From Eledone cirrhosa (lineage: Eukaryota): a stretch of DNA of 64,000 nt. Position numbers and translations under genes: made by a program. Shown here in pieces: positions 12,638 through 25,814 of the stretch. The first letter of the stretch is position 1; the number at the start of each line of letters is the position of its first letter. The stretch is from NCBI GenBank assembly GCA_964016885.1, contig OZ024740.1, forward strand, positions 189,906,001 through 189,970,000, in the 5' to 3' direction. The notes beneath the pieces are model-generated. The model saw only the letters and a list, made by a program, of their open reading frames with translations, made no database searches and had not been told where the DNA came from.

Positions 12638-13104
12638 TAGTGAAAAGTGATGAATAACATGGGCAACAAGTGCAAAAAGGCTTTTATTTACAGTACTAAC
12701 AATTGTTTCATTGATTAGGATGTCTTCAGGTTGCTCGTAAATATAGGTTGTATCACTCAACCTTCAATACAGTGTATTGAGTTATTCCGATAATTTGATT
12801 AGGCATACACTGTAATGACGGTTGAGGGACACAACCTCTAGGGATTAGCAGGCTTTAGACATGCTTACAAATGAAACAATTGTTAAAACTGTAAATAAAA
12901 CCCGTTTTGTACTGTTGACCATGTTTTTCTTCACTCTTTCACTAATATTACTCCAAGACTAACCTCCATAGGAATACTCGCGTACTCCCCACTTAACCAA
13001 GGAAACCTCTTCTTGAGTCAAACAACGCCGTACGTTAAAACTATCCATAATACAGAATTCTCACGTCGTCTAACTGGATTAGCTATAACGATAATTTGTT
13101 ATCC
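12638..13104. mobile_element. Family N fold-back element with HHR-like remnant
   Basis: Inverted arms 12638-12780 and 12806-12944, tail to 13104. GAAAC-AATT-GTT in both arms and CTGAAGA in the minus arm. TA-flanked. Confidence 0.7.
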
Positions 13105-13853
<749 letters not shown>

Positions 13854-15249
13854 ATATATATATATATATATTTGGATATATAAAATGCCAATTATTATAA
13901 GTTTGAATCTGACATGCAAAGATATATATATATGAATAAAATATGCCCAAGCATAGTAGATTCAAATATCACAGAGAAAAAGAAAGAGAGAGAGGGTGGG
14001 TAGAGTAATGATGTGCAACAGAAATGAAACATGGATTACAGGTTAAAATATAGCCTAGATAGGTGTGAAACAAAACGAGGATGTAGTTTATGGAACACGC
14101 AAATGATTTGGAAGTCGACCTCAATAGGAGCAATAACATTAAGGAAGACTTGAACAAGATCACAACACTTTGTTTTGAAAATTTTGAAAGTAGGTTTATA
14201 AGTATGAATTTTCCTGAAAGTGTTGTAGTTGAGCCTGTGGCCTGACGGTAAGGACTAGAGGCATTGGAGTTCGTGGAAACGCGATCAAACCTGGTGAAAA
14301 ACTACATGTAATCTTTTTTCATTTTTTTATTTTACAAGGGTAGAAAAAAAGCTGAAAAGGTTTATGGGGAACCCTGCTCCCCACCAAGATGGAACTTTTG
14401 ACCAGGATCATCGCTGTCTATGATTCCCCCAACTAGGCCACCGCGACAGCTACAAAAGTATAGTGAACATTGATAATTATAAACCTACTTTCAAAATCAA
14501 AGTTAAGAAGCTGTGGTGTCGTTCGTGGCTTTCCTCGAGCTCTTCGTAATATTTAGGGTAGACTTCTGGCCATTATTGAAAGTCTCTGGATTTCGCAAAA
14601 TGCAGAATATTTTTTTTGAAGAAGGTAAAATATTTTTCCGCAAATATTTGATTGCACTTATGTATTTTTCGAAAATGTTATTTATTCATTATAAAAATTA
14701 AATGATAGCATTCTATATGTAGGTGGGCGCCTTTCATCTCCTGGCAACCAATATTTTAGATCCTGTCCACTACTGGATATATATATATGTTTTTAATAGT
14801 TGTGTACAATTGTTGCTGTTTAAGCAAACGAATTCTCACCAGCCAACACTTTTGAGCACACTCATTCATACCATAACAACCCCTGGCGAATGAGTAAGAT
14901 GTTGAGTAAGCACATATGTACACTCTTGGCTAACCTTTCATTTAGGTCCTATAATGACATATTTTACATGATTCATACTGCTTGATAATATTCGACATTT
15001 TTCGAGGAACTATCCTCTATATGTATGTATCGTTTATTGATTTTTTTGTTGTTGATATATGATTCTTATTTAAAGAACTTTCACACGCAGGGGAGTGTTA
15101 GGTACATGTATAACCACATATTTATAGAAAATAGAATTTTCGAGTCTTTGTGCTATAGTAGATTCCTGTTCGACATGTTATTGCTCGTTGTTTTTATGTG
15201 ATATTGTAATATTTCTCCTGTCAAAACCAAATATAAATGCCTTTGCTGA

Positions 15250-15880
15250 ATTACATTACACATTTGAGGAAGCTCTCATTTCTGGTTAATTTGCAGTGTA
15301 CTGCTTCATGACATACATGACAAGAAATTGTATGCGTCTCCTCTCTTCCGCTATTTTTAACTAGAATCCTGAAATTTCTTTTTTGTATTAGCCAAATCAA
15401 AGGCAAAAAAACTATACCAAGAATTTTTGAACATACACTCATCTTGGAATAAACTAGTAAGTCTGTAGATTTAGAGTAAGACGGTCTGGATGATATAAGA
15501 ACTACCTGTAACTTCTTCATTATTTTAATGAGGTTTAGCTCGGTATCCATCAACCGAAAGTACGTGAGATGTATCTAGACAAATCGTTTATACGGCAATA
15601 TTACATCAATTATAGCATTCGAATTGTATCATAAGACAAGTATTTTGCATACGATTGCACGACACTCCTATTATATACGCTTTGCTATTCATTTTCAGAC
15701 GTAAATATGCAGCTAGATAGGAGCAATGCTTCTCCAAGTGACATTTAAAGAGAGTTATAGTTCCCTTATAGCTTACAGTAGTAAATTGTAAAGGAGCGCT
15801 ACTTATTACGAGATAATGATGTTCCATCAGATTGAGAATGTATTACATTCATTACAAGATCAAGGAACTACAATAAAAAT
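15250..15880 (-). mobile_element. Highly decayed PLE fragment (RT end to GIY-YIG)
   Basis: The minus strand gives FLDLV followed by Cys-rich and NLI...SYIIQT remnants across frameshifts. Confidence 0.35.
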
Positions 15881-16576
15881 AAGGATTTCTAGCATAGTTT
15901 CAATAGCACAGCATTTGATGGAAAACCAAATCTATTGAAATTAATTCAGCACTTACATTGTGATTATTTGAACCTACACACATAAATAACACTACCACAA
16001 ATGTATCAACTATAGTGTTACTCATAAATTGTGTGTGTTCTTTACGCTTGATCAAACCATGTAAAGGCATTAGGACGCGATATTCGGTGGTTTTCCAAAT
16101 AAAAGGACTACACAGTCGAATGTATTCTTTTTCTTACGATGGTAAGGTAAGCGTTGAGGGAAATTGACTTTCTCCTTAATCATTCCTATAGTTCTATACA
16201 TCTCTACACACAAGTCATTTTGTGATATTAAATTGAACATTTGTTCTCAGATTCATATAAATGTATCATATCTCCTTTAACAACTCCTCTCATTTACATT
16301 ATCACTTCCCCCACACATTAATTCTAACCTTATGTATCTAATATAATATCTCACTCTCTATATCACTATATTTCACTCTCTTTCACTCCGTTGGTACAAA
16401 ATCCAGCACGAAATGGAAATTACAAGTGATTTAGCATTTTATATATGTTTAGTTACACACATGATAAACACTTACAAACATACGAGGACACAGACACTCA
16501 CACACACTCGCATACAATCACATACACATCCATACATACATATATATATATGCGTATGTGAATGTGTGTGTGTATT

Positions 16577-16662
<86 letters not shown>

Positions 16663-16687
16663 CATGCACATATATATTTATATATAT

Positions 16688-17137
16688 TGTAGTAAATGTT
16701 TGGTAGAAATATACAATGGTAAGGGTACTCAGTCCATAGGACGAGGGTGATATAAATAATTAAAACAGTGACATAAACAAGTACATAATTTCTTTGGGTT
16801 TTGGATCCCAACTCATTAAGCCTGTCATGAGATAAATAAAAATAAAGATGGTCATTCGAGGGTTTTACCAGAAGCGGGCGAACAATGTGGCAACATACTA
16901 CTACGTCCGGCTGTAGGTCAAAAACATAGCACACACTTTTTCCATTCAGTTTTTTCTTTACTTGTTTCCTTAAAGCGTACCATCATTCCGTTGGTATTCA
17001 TCTATTATGCAATTTACACCTGATGAGGTCACGGGGTTCTTACGCAAACTGGCCACTGTAATGTGCATAGTGTTTACTGTAATAGAGATTAAGGAAATTC
17101 AACATATTTGGTCCCCTGTCATTTCACTTTATGGTAC

Positions 17138-17140
<3 letters not shown>
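16688..17140. mobile_element. Old TA-flanked element with decayed HHR (family P)
   Basis: TATGCAATTTACAC-CTGATGA-GGTCA...TGGCC, then the GAAA segment is missing, then TGTAATGTGCATA. Weak inverted similarity between about 16766-16800 and 17088-17120. Confidence 0.45.
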
Positions 17141-17207
<67 letters not shown>

Positions 17208-17209
17208 TA

Positions 17210-19700
17210 ATGTATCCAAGGAGGAATTTATAGAGACGATGTGCTTCTTTTAGCTAAAAACATGAAAAACCAAAGCATGGAAAGATTATGGGACAAAACA
17301 TTAGGGTTTTCTTCATTAGACTAGACATCGATATTGCTTTCTAACATAATTTCGAAAACGCCAACTTCCTAGATGTAACATTTAGCTTAATTACGGGAAT
17401 AATTGAACCTGATAAATAAACATGATGAATATTTAGACTACATTAACTATAATTCTATCCACCAACGCTCTATAATTAAATCAGTATCACATAGTATATC
17501 CGTTAGAATATCCTACTTCTTATTTCAACTAGAAATATTTAAGCAACACGCAGACTACTACAACACCGCTTTACGCAAGACAGGCCAGAAAGAGGGGTTC
17601 AAATACATCTAGGATAGCGATCACAAGAAACACATTCCTAAAGACAACTATGGCACCCACCTTAATACGAATAACAGATACTGGACTAGACATAAAAGTA
17701 AACAGCACATACATGGAATAGACGAACAAAACACGACGAGGGGAACCACCGAAATCTCTAGGTAATCTAGAAATAAAATATATTTGTGGTTTAATCCAAG
17801 TTTCAACTATTCCTTAAGCGCCAACCTACCCTTTATCTTCTTTAATTTAATAGATAAACACTTTCCAAAACAATATAAATACCACAAAATATTCAATAGA
17901 AAAACTATTAAACTTTCATATTCTACTGCAGCGAATATTGAATTGCACATAGAAAAGCTAAAATATAAAAGCATCTAATATCGAACGCAACAATATAACG
18001 ACATCGCAACCAGCCTGTTGACATTGGTGGATTGGCAGTATCGGTAGAGGGTCAGACGTTATGATTTGCGGCATAGGGTTATGCCCCTTTTGAGGTCTGA
18101 GTTCAAATCCCGCCAAGGTTAACTTTCATCCTTGCGGGGTCGATAAAATAAAGAACCAGTACCAAAAGTAGAAACAATTATTTGACATACTATCAAAATA
18201 TATACAGACCAGCATCTCAGCCTAACTCATGCCACACATCAGATTATAACGAAGAGCCAGTACATAGGAAGGCCATCAAGTGTAACTGTTAACTACCTGA
18301 TAAATACCCACTACAAAACAAATGTCTCGAATCCACTATAGTATATCTGTGTATTGTAAAGTCCGGTGACCAGGAGTTTTATTACATAGGTTCTAAAGGA
18401 AAAACAAAACAAAAATAAACTATGGTATGTGCAAAGGCATTCCATTAAGAACCAGAGGCTCAGTAGCACAATGACGCTGGCCAATAAAATCTGGCAGTTC
18501 GTAGATAACAAACTAAAATATGAAATAAGCTGATCAAAATTATCGAATGCCAAAGCTTAGGTGCACGGGATGTGCCAATGTGGATTATGTATTATGGAAT
18601 TACTCTATATTTTGCAGTATAGTAAGGAATTACTAATTTTAAAAAGAAAGCGAAAACGTAGGAAAGTAAAGCACAATAAAAGAAAGAAAGAGACTGATCC
18701 AAATAAAGTGAAAAATGATAGTTAAAAAAAAAAAAAATATATTAAATAACAAGATCGTACGGTCAATCTACTGTAGGCACAACATCGCACGCAAGTTCCC
18801 AAATTATAAACCAAAATAAGCAGGATTCGATCCAGTAACCTTACTATATGTATAAACAATATAATTGCCCAGACTTATAACGTCTTCAAAATTGGCGCCA
18901 CTGAACCACTCTAAGATCCACCTTATCACCATTAAAGGACAACCCATCGCAAATCGACCGTAAATCACTTGACGGGCACAGACATTCTCTATCACCAATA
19001 ACGATAATAAACAAACAGACCCTCCAAGGACTTCAAATGTTATGCCATTAACCAATAGAATGCAAGAAACAAACTCATAATCAATCGGACGCAAAAGAAG
19101 TTGGAATTCTAAGAAAAATCCCTTAGTGAAAAGTATGTTGTCTTTATAGACGTACCCTTTCAACTCGCATTCCCACACACGTGATACCATTCATGTTTAT
19201 TGCCATTGTTACCCTCAATCTACACCCCTACTATATTAATACCTATTAAGCATGTATATCCCTGCTTTTATCTCTCGATATATCTCTCAGTCCGCTCGTC
19301 CATCTTTTGTTATATTGTTCACAACCCTATTACTCTTTCGTCCTAACGTCTGTATACCTATATCTATATATTTGTTTTATTTTATTTTGTATTTTCAATT
19401 TCTATTTTTTATCTGTTTTTTTCCTTATTATTTTACTTTCAATACTTATTTTATCTGATTTTTATTTTATTGTCTCATATCTCAATACTCGTTTCATCTC
19501 ACTATTTTTCATGTCATTTTTCATGTCATTTTCTGTATCAATGCGTTGCATCAAGAGTACCGAACTAGTATTTTGATAATTTGTCAAAGCAGCACCGCAG
19601 ATAGCGATATTTAGACACTTCGGGCCAATGAAACATTAGTTAATACTTAGAATACACTCTACTATATAGCTTATCGGTGTTATTCTTCACTCATTCATAT
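17210..19700 (+). mobile_element. 5'-truncated, decayed Naiad-type PLE interrupted by a SINE
   Basis: YRDD (about 17229), ANFLDVTF, YINYNSIH.RSIIK, WFNPSFN...FFNLIDKHFPK..YHKIFNRKTIKLSYS, CNC.....PL..KCL..TIVY...YYIG, CGLC, then a long 3' region. Confidence 0.85.
18025..18182 (+). mobile_element. SINE inserted in PLE
   Basis: GGTGGATTGGCAGTATCGG...GAGTTCAAATCC...CTTTCATCCTTGCGGGGTCGATAAAA. Confidence 0.85.
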
Positions 19701-19722
19701 ATATATATATTTATATATATAG

Positions 19723-19801
19723 TATATAGAAATGACTTTCCCAAGAGATAACGGCATGAACCGTTATTTCTCTTTCTGTTTCGTTATCTCTGTTTCTGTC
19801 T

Positions 19802-19869
<68 letters not shown>

Positions 19870-19928
19870 AAACAGAAAGAGAAATAACGGTTCATGCCGT
19901 TATCTCTTGGGAAAGTCATTTCTATATA
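19723..19928. repeat. Perfect inverted repeat of about 59 bp enclosing a (TA)n tract
   Basis: TATATAGAAATGACTTTCCCAAGAGATAACGGCATGAACCGTTATTTCTCTTTCTGTTT and its reverse complement at 19870-19928. Confidence 0.9.
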
Positions 19929-19934
19929 ATATAT

Positions 19935-20848
19935 ATATAAAACAAATGAAAAATATATATGTATATACATAGAGTGAAAGAACCATATCGTAGCGGAAAC
20001 AGTATATTGTATATATACTAAATACATATTCTAAGAAGAATATGTACTCGAGGTGGAATCATTATAGAGACCTTATACCGCTCTTTCATAATCTATAGAA
20101 TCTGTATTGTATTTAGCATATATATAATATAATAAGATATATGGTTCTTACTTTTTATATATATACTTATATCTTTTTCATTTGATCTATTATGGCTCTG
20201 GATAATGTTTATTGAGCTTGCTTATTGAGAAACACAACATGTTAACTCATTTGATATGTTTTATCTTACGTTGTTGAGCTTGGGTGACTATAATTTCCAC
20301 ACCTATTTCTAGCGGAATTAAAGTCCACCTTGTTGATATCTATTACCTTGAGTTTAACGTTATTACACCATGCTGTCTTCATCATGGTTGTCGCATTGGA
20401 CGCATCTATGGATATCGGCAAGTATATTGTTTTATGTACTATTTTGATTCAATATTGTTCTTAGAATGCTGAGACTATAACCGCTGATGAATATTATGAG
20501 TCATCCGTGGTTTAATTATAAATCGATAGTTTGCTTCGATGATGGATTACATAGATTGATTTCCTGGATGAACGATTACATATCAAGAATTACACCCTGC
20601 ATTGTATGAAATAGAGTTATAAGGTATTTCTAATTATCCCAACTTGAGTACATATTCTTTGATAGAATATGGATTTAGTACATATACAACATACTCCGTT
20701 TCCTCTACGATATATATATTTTTCTCTCTATATATATATCCTTTTAATTTGATTTATTATGGCTCTGGATAATGTATATTGAGCTTGCGTATTGTGAAAT
20801 ACAAAATTCTAACGTATTTGAGTATTTGTTGTTTTGAATCATGAACTT
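19935..20848 (+). mobile_element. Family E: tandem monomer of about 567 bp with 5' inverted arm
   Basis: TATTATGGCTCTGGATAATG at 20188 and 20755. 19940-20092 is the reverse complement of about 20605-20750. CTGATGA at 20484 without an intact GAAA. Confidence 0.65.
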
Positions 20849-20995
20849 ATATATATATATATATATTATTAGGGTAAACATTGATGCAATTTAATTCAAG
20901 CACTCAACGTACTTTTTCCACAAAGGAGTGACGGAGTAAATATCGAATAAGTAAAAGCGAAGTAGTTTCAGATGTTCAAGTCCTTTAATAATAAT

Positions 20996-21069
20996 GCTGT
21001 GATATATATTTCAATGACGACACTGGCCACACTGTTCTGTGTGCGAGTGTCGTGACATCATCAGACAGC
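20996..21069 (-). ncRNA. Type I hammerhead ribozyme, family F (minus copy)
   Basis: Reverse complement of the motif at 21537-21609 with the core intact. Confidence 0.85.
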
Positions 21070-21536
21070 TTGTTACATAATAAGGTTGTTTCCGAGGCAA
21101 TCCAAATTGAGTCGACATGGGAACGGATGAAGTTCGTGCTTTTGGGTTTTTCATCCGTTCCCTTGTGAGTACCAATTCACCCCCACCGGTCTGCGCAAGC
21201 GCATGTCCGAAGGAAGTTGACCATTAGCACCGCAGATTTCAACGAAATTCGCTGTCAGTGGCCCACCTATGCCTTGCCAAAGCTTACTGCTACCCACCGC
21301 TACTGTGGCAGTCAGCCGAAAGCGAGAGGGGATGGGAGGGTGTTAGTTTTTATAGGTCATAATACATACTACCTTTCACTAAGCGTTGACAGTAAGACTG
21401 ACCATCACCTCATAAGGTAAAATAAACTTAATTCTAGGTACTATGGTTTTACCTAGTAAGTTAAGAGTGAGAGTTGGGAATACAAATTAAAATTAAAGGT
21501 TAAAATCCTAAATCAAACAACCTTATTATGTAACAA

Positions 21537-21609
21537 GCTGTCTGATGATGTCACGACACTCGCACACATACAGTGTGGCCAGTGTCGTCATTGAAATATA
21601 TATCACAGC
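21537..21609 (+). ncRNA. Type I hammerhead ribozyme, family F
   Basis: GCTGT-CTGATGA-helix II (ACGACACT/AGTGTCGT, CACAC/GTGTG)-GAAA-TATATA-TC-ACAGC. Confidence 0.85.
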
Positions 21610-21747
21610 ATTATTATTAAAGGACGTGAACATCTGAAACTACTTCGCTTTTACTTATTCTATATATATATATATATATATGTCCCTAGGCTCTGATACC
21701 AGCAACACCATAAACACAGAGCTGGCACATCTAAGAACTGACTACTA

Positions 21748-21803
21748 ACTGCCTGATGAGGTCATAGCCATTCAATGGCTATCATCGAAATATATATAGC
21801 AGT
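21748..21803 (+). ncRNA. Type I hammerhead ribozyme in a short B-related insert (21682-21848)
   Basis: ACTGC-CTGATGA-GGTCATAGCCAT(TCA)ATGGCTATCATC-GAAA-TATATA-TA-GCAGT. Confidence 0.85.
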
Positions 21804-21844
21804 ACATAAAGGACGATGAGTTCATGCAATTGACTTATGTTTCG

Positions 21845-21889
<45 letters not shown>

Positions 21890-21953
21890 GACTTCTACAG
21901 GACTAGAATTGGTTCATTCATATATGAGAGTCTTCTAGTTATATATATATATA

Positions 21954-22780
21954 CCGATTTTATTCTCGCCAGTGGTCAGTGCCAAATCTACCCACTTATG
22001 ACATCACGGAGCAACCATCTATATAAGTTATCTTTCTCCCAGCTTCTTACTTCATCTGTTTCCATTGCTCACATATTTCCATTATATATTCTCTGTCTCA
22101 TCTACATAGGAATTGAACTGCTGCAGAGCAGATAATGAACAATGAGAGGAGATTATTAATTAACTGTTGACATACTGACGAAAACGTTACGATGTACAGA
22201 AGACAGGAGCACACGTGAAACTAACACATATAAGAGTGCATACCAGATAAGCCTACACGAACACATTCACTAACACGCATGCACCTCTTTGAGAGTAAGT
22301 GTATGTTCACGTATGCGTGTCTGTCTGTGTGCACGGGTGTTAGTGAATGTGTTCGTGTTGACTTATCTGGTATGCACTCTTATATGTGTTAGTTTCATGT
22401 GTGCTTCTGTCTTCTGTACAACGAAACGTTTTCGTCAGTATGTCAAATATTAATTAATCTCCTGTGATTATTCATTATCTGCTTTGCTGCAGTTCAATTC
22501 CTATGTAGATGGGACAGAGAATATAATATGGAAATATGTGAGAAATGGAAACAGACTAAGTAAGAAGATGGGAGAAAGATAACTTATACAGATGGTTGCT
22601 CGGTGATATGTCATAAGGGGGTAGATTTGGCACTGATCACTGGCGAGAATAAAATCGGTTTCAGACCTTTGTGGATAAAATATTAACGTACATAACATTG
22701 ATAGCCTGTTAGATGCAATTTATGAATAGCCAAAATGTGTATGTACACAAACTAGCTAGTATTAACATTATTCTCATAAA
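21954..22780. mobile_element. Family G large fold-back (arms of about 330 bp) with tail
   Basis: 21954-22285 is an inverted copy of 22328-22659. Contains the 3' half of an HHR-like motif, GAAACG-TTTT-CGTC (about 22423), but no CTGANGA. Confidence 0.8.
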
Positions 22781-23879
22781 AAATGAGAGGGTGCATACTA
22801 AAATAATTTAATATATTTTTCAATACAAAACTACTTAACCTTCATAATTTTCAAGTCATCCTCTTCGTTGCCAACTTATATATGGAGTACGTAACATAAA
22901 TATTTATTAGTCTATCAAATTTTATTCAACTACGCTTAGTTCTCTTTCTCGTCGGAAATCTATTACCCGGATTGTCGTGGAGTGCCGAGATTTAAACACT
23001 CTTTCCACTGTGTCCCGTTAGAATCAACTGACTTCAATTGATGGATCCTCAAGCGAGACCGGCAGAACTCAATAATACCCAAATTTCTTAAATCAACTAG
23101 CGTATTAATAAGAATTAATATGATTATTTGTCGAACGCAATTAGAGTTAATCAGCCAAAACCGTAGAAGTGTACCTTTATTGTGAACAGCAATCATTTCT
23201 CTACATTATATTTTGTTCCTCTATAATATTGATTTTCTCTAATTGGCACAATACCACATAATTTTATGTTCTATTATATCGACTCCGTATTGTATTTTCC
23301 TCGTAAATATTTCATAAACCTTGGAATGATGAAAGGCAAAGTAGACTTTGGTAGGATATAAACTCACAATATAGAATAAACGTCATAATACATCATAAGG
23401 TATTTCGATAGTAAATCTACTGATTTTACCAATCCACTGTCCTTTGTTCCTGTGTAAAAGATAGAAAAATGTTGCATATGAAATGATTTTATTATTAGTG
23501 CTATCATTCCACTATATACAATAATGATAATGATGATTATACTGTTGATGATAATAATAATTATTATTATGATAATTATAATTATAATTGTAATTATGAT
23601 AATAATAATAACTTCAGTACGACAATGATATATTTTGAAAGCTGAGGACAGAGTGCTCAATTTCTTGCTTCTTGAATCTTGATGTTCATGCAGGCACATA
23701 ATCTAATGATAGCATTTAGCATGAATAATTGCAGATATAATATTTAGACATAACACATCTATAGGTAATGCGAACATAAATGGAGAAATCTTTTCAGGGT
23801 GTAGCCATTTTTCCATTGTTCGTTTCATATATCTACAAAAGCAGACATTTCTTCATTAGTCCAAACTGCATGTCAGAAA

Positions 23880-24939
23880 CATGATACATTCTGTAAACCT
23901 CTAGGCTGTATGCAATGCAGTAAAGTGTTGGAATCCTCAAGTAGAATAAGGCTGAGGTTGATGAGATAAACACTGAACAATCAATATGATAACTATGCAT
24001 AATGCATTGCATCCACAATGTGTGAATCGGCTGTAAATGAAATGTACAGTTGAGGAATGAAAGCGGATACATAGTAAAGTATGTGTGGAAGATGAGAGAT
24101 GAGCTACTAATTATCACACGATAAGTAGTAACGATTACTTCCTTCAGTATGCCTGAAGAGTAATGAAACTGGAAAGGGGACAGATAGAGGCCAAAGTAAA
24201 TTTTAAGTGACTGGTTTCGACCGAGATTGCAATACAGTAGTTTGAAAAGCATTGCATTCTCAAGTGAACAACACATATCTGAATAAATGAGTGAAGGTTC
24301 TTGGATTTGGATCTTGATCAGTGATTTCAAATAAATAATAAGATACATATACTCTAGTGGTCTAAAGCAAAGCCAGGACCTTGAGTACTAGAATATTGAA
24401 TAAATGGGTACATCATCCGTGTGAAACTGAAGTGATGTATTTGTGAAATTAATACAGACAGTGTAACTCCCCTAAAGAATATGAGCAAAGTGTTTGCTTA
24501 AAACGTATGTAAAAGACGACATTGCATGCTCTGTATGTACGTTCACTTAACAATGTACCAAAAAGATGGGTATGGAATGTCCGATACTCTGAAATTTTAC
24601 TATCCAAATGGATCTCGATTTAGAATACAACAGACATGTTATTGTAGTTGTGGTCAAATGTAGTCGATAATGTGAAATTATTAATGTTACCGCCACGGAG
24701 GTCAACATAGTTGAATTGAAAGGGACTATTAATTATGACAAAATATACTGAATCGACGTTTGAAATTGCAAGAATATGATTAATAGCAGAACACGGCATC
24801 AACCTAATTCCACTTGTCATCGGAGCTTTTGGCTCGATATTACTAACACTCTAAATGTATTTGAAACATATATTTTCAATCGGAAAATAAACTCCTTCAA
24901 AAGACTCAACACTGCAAGTATACTCGGGAATGTTTAGAA
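23880..24939 (+). mobile_element. Decayed R4/Dong-like (RLE) non-LTR retrotransposon, 3' part
   Basis: Remnants MITMHNALHPQ..NRL, TDMLL..W.N..DN and KYTESTFEIARI...IPLVIGAFGSI...LQK..TASILGNV. Confidence 0.6.
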
Positions 24940-25086
24940 CAGGCATGCGCAAGCCTTTTCGATATGGCGGACCGCAATCGCTCATTTACATTAGTGTCCC
25001 CATTAAAAAAATGGCGGTAACTCAGGTTGTTCTGACTTAGGCGAGCCATTCATAAAGCTACGCGGGCCGAAGGTTGCCCATGACTC
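24940..25086. mobile_element. 147-bp hAT (Charlie-like) MITE
   Basis: TIRs CAGGCATGCGCAAGC / GGTTGCCCATGACTC. Perfect 8-bp TSD GTTTAGAA at 24932-24939 and 25087-25094. Confidence 0.85.
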
Positions 25087-25595
25087 GTTTAGAAGAAAAA
25101 GAACGAGAAAAAAGGAGAATAAGAAAAAAGAAAAACATGAAAGAAGAAAAAGAAAAAAAAATGAAAGAAGAATAATAAAAAAGAAAAAAGAAAAAAAAAA
25201 GAAAAAAAAGAAATAGAAGAAAGAAAAAAGAAGAAAACAAAAAAAAGACGAAGAAGAAGAAATTAAAGTTGCGCTAAAATTTAAAAAAGAAAAGATTGTG
25301 TATTGAAATATTTCAGAGATAAAAATGTACGAAGTATGTAGGATGGTATTTGTTAGAAATATCTTTTGGATTTAATAGATGCTAGGTTTACCAGGTATGT
25401 TTCTAGAAACTTTTGAACAACTTACTTCATGAAACTTAGTGCTCTTATACCTACCAGAATATTTTTTTGTTTTGAAGTGCCACATTCTATTCATCTCAAT
25501 TTCTAGATCTTTATATATGCAAGTTCCGCATGCTCTTTTGCTAATACATTTTAATGTCAATGAGTAAACAGGTCTTGTTTATTAAATCTGTAGTA

Positions 25596-25787
25596 ATAAT
25601 TGTTTCTATTTTAGGCACAAGGCCAGCAATTATCCAGTACATTACTGGTACTTTTTTTATCGACCCCGTAAGGATCAAAGGCACAGTTAATCTCGGCGGG
25701 ATTTGAACTTAGATCATAAAGGGACGTAACTATATGCTTCAAAGCATGGTGTCCGACAATCTACCGATACTGCCAATCCACCGCCCT
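25596..25787 (-). mobile_element. SINE copy
   Basis: Reverse complement of the SINE at 7814-8010. It abuts the truncated end of the R4-like element. Confidence 0.85.
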
Positions 25788-25814
25788 TCTTTAGTAATAA
25801 TATTTAGTAATAAT

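Larger units (their letters stand above)
20868..21660. mobile_element. Family F fold-back element with intact HHRs on both strands
   Basis: Arms 20947-21091 and 21515-21660 are nearly identical inverted copies. Tail 20868-20946. TA-flanked. Confidence 0.9.

Noticed and set aside
18280-18600. Selenocysteine in the first Naiad-type element
   Set aside because: Its zinc-finger Cys codons are TGT, and the stop within the CNC region is TAA at a non-Cys position.
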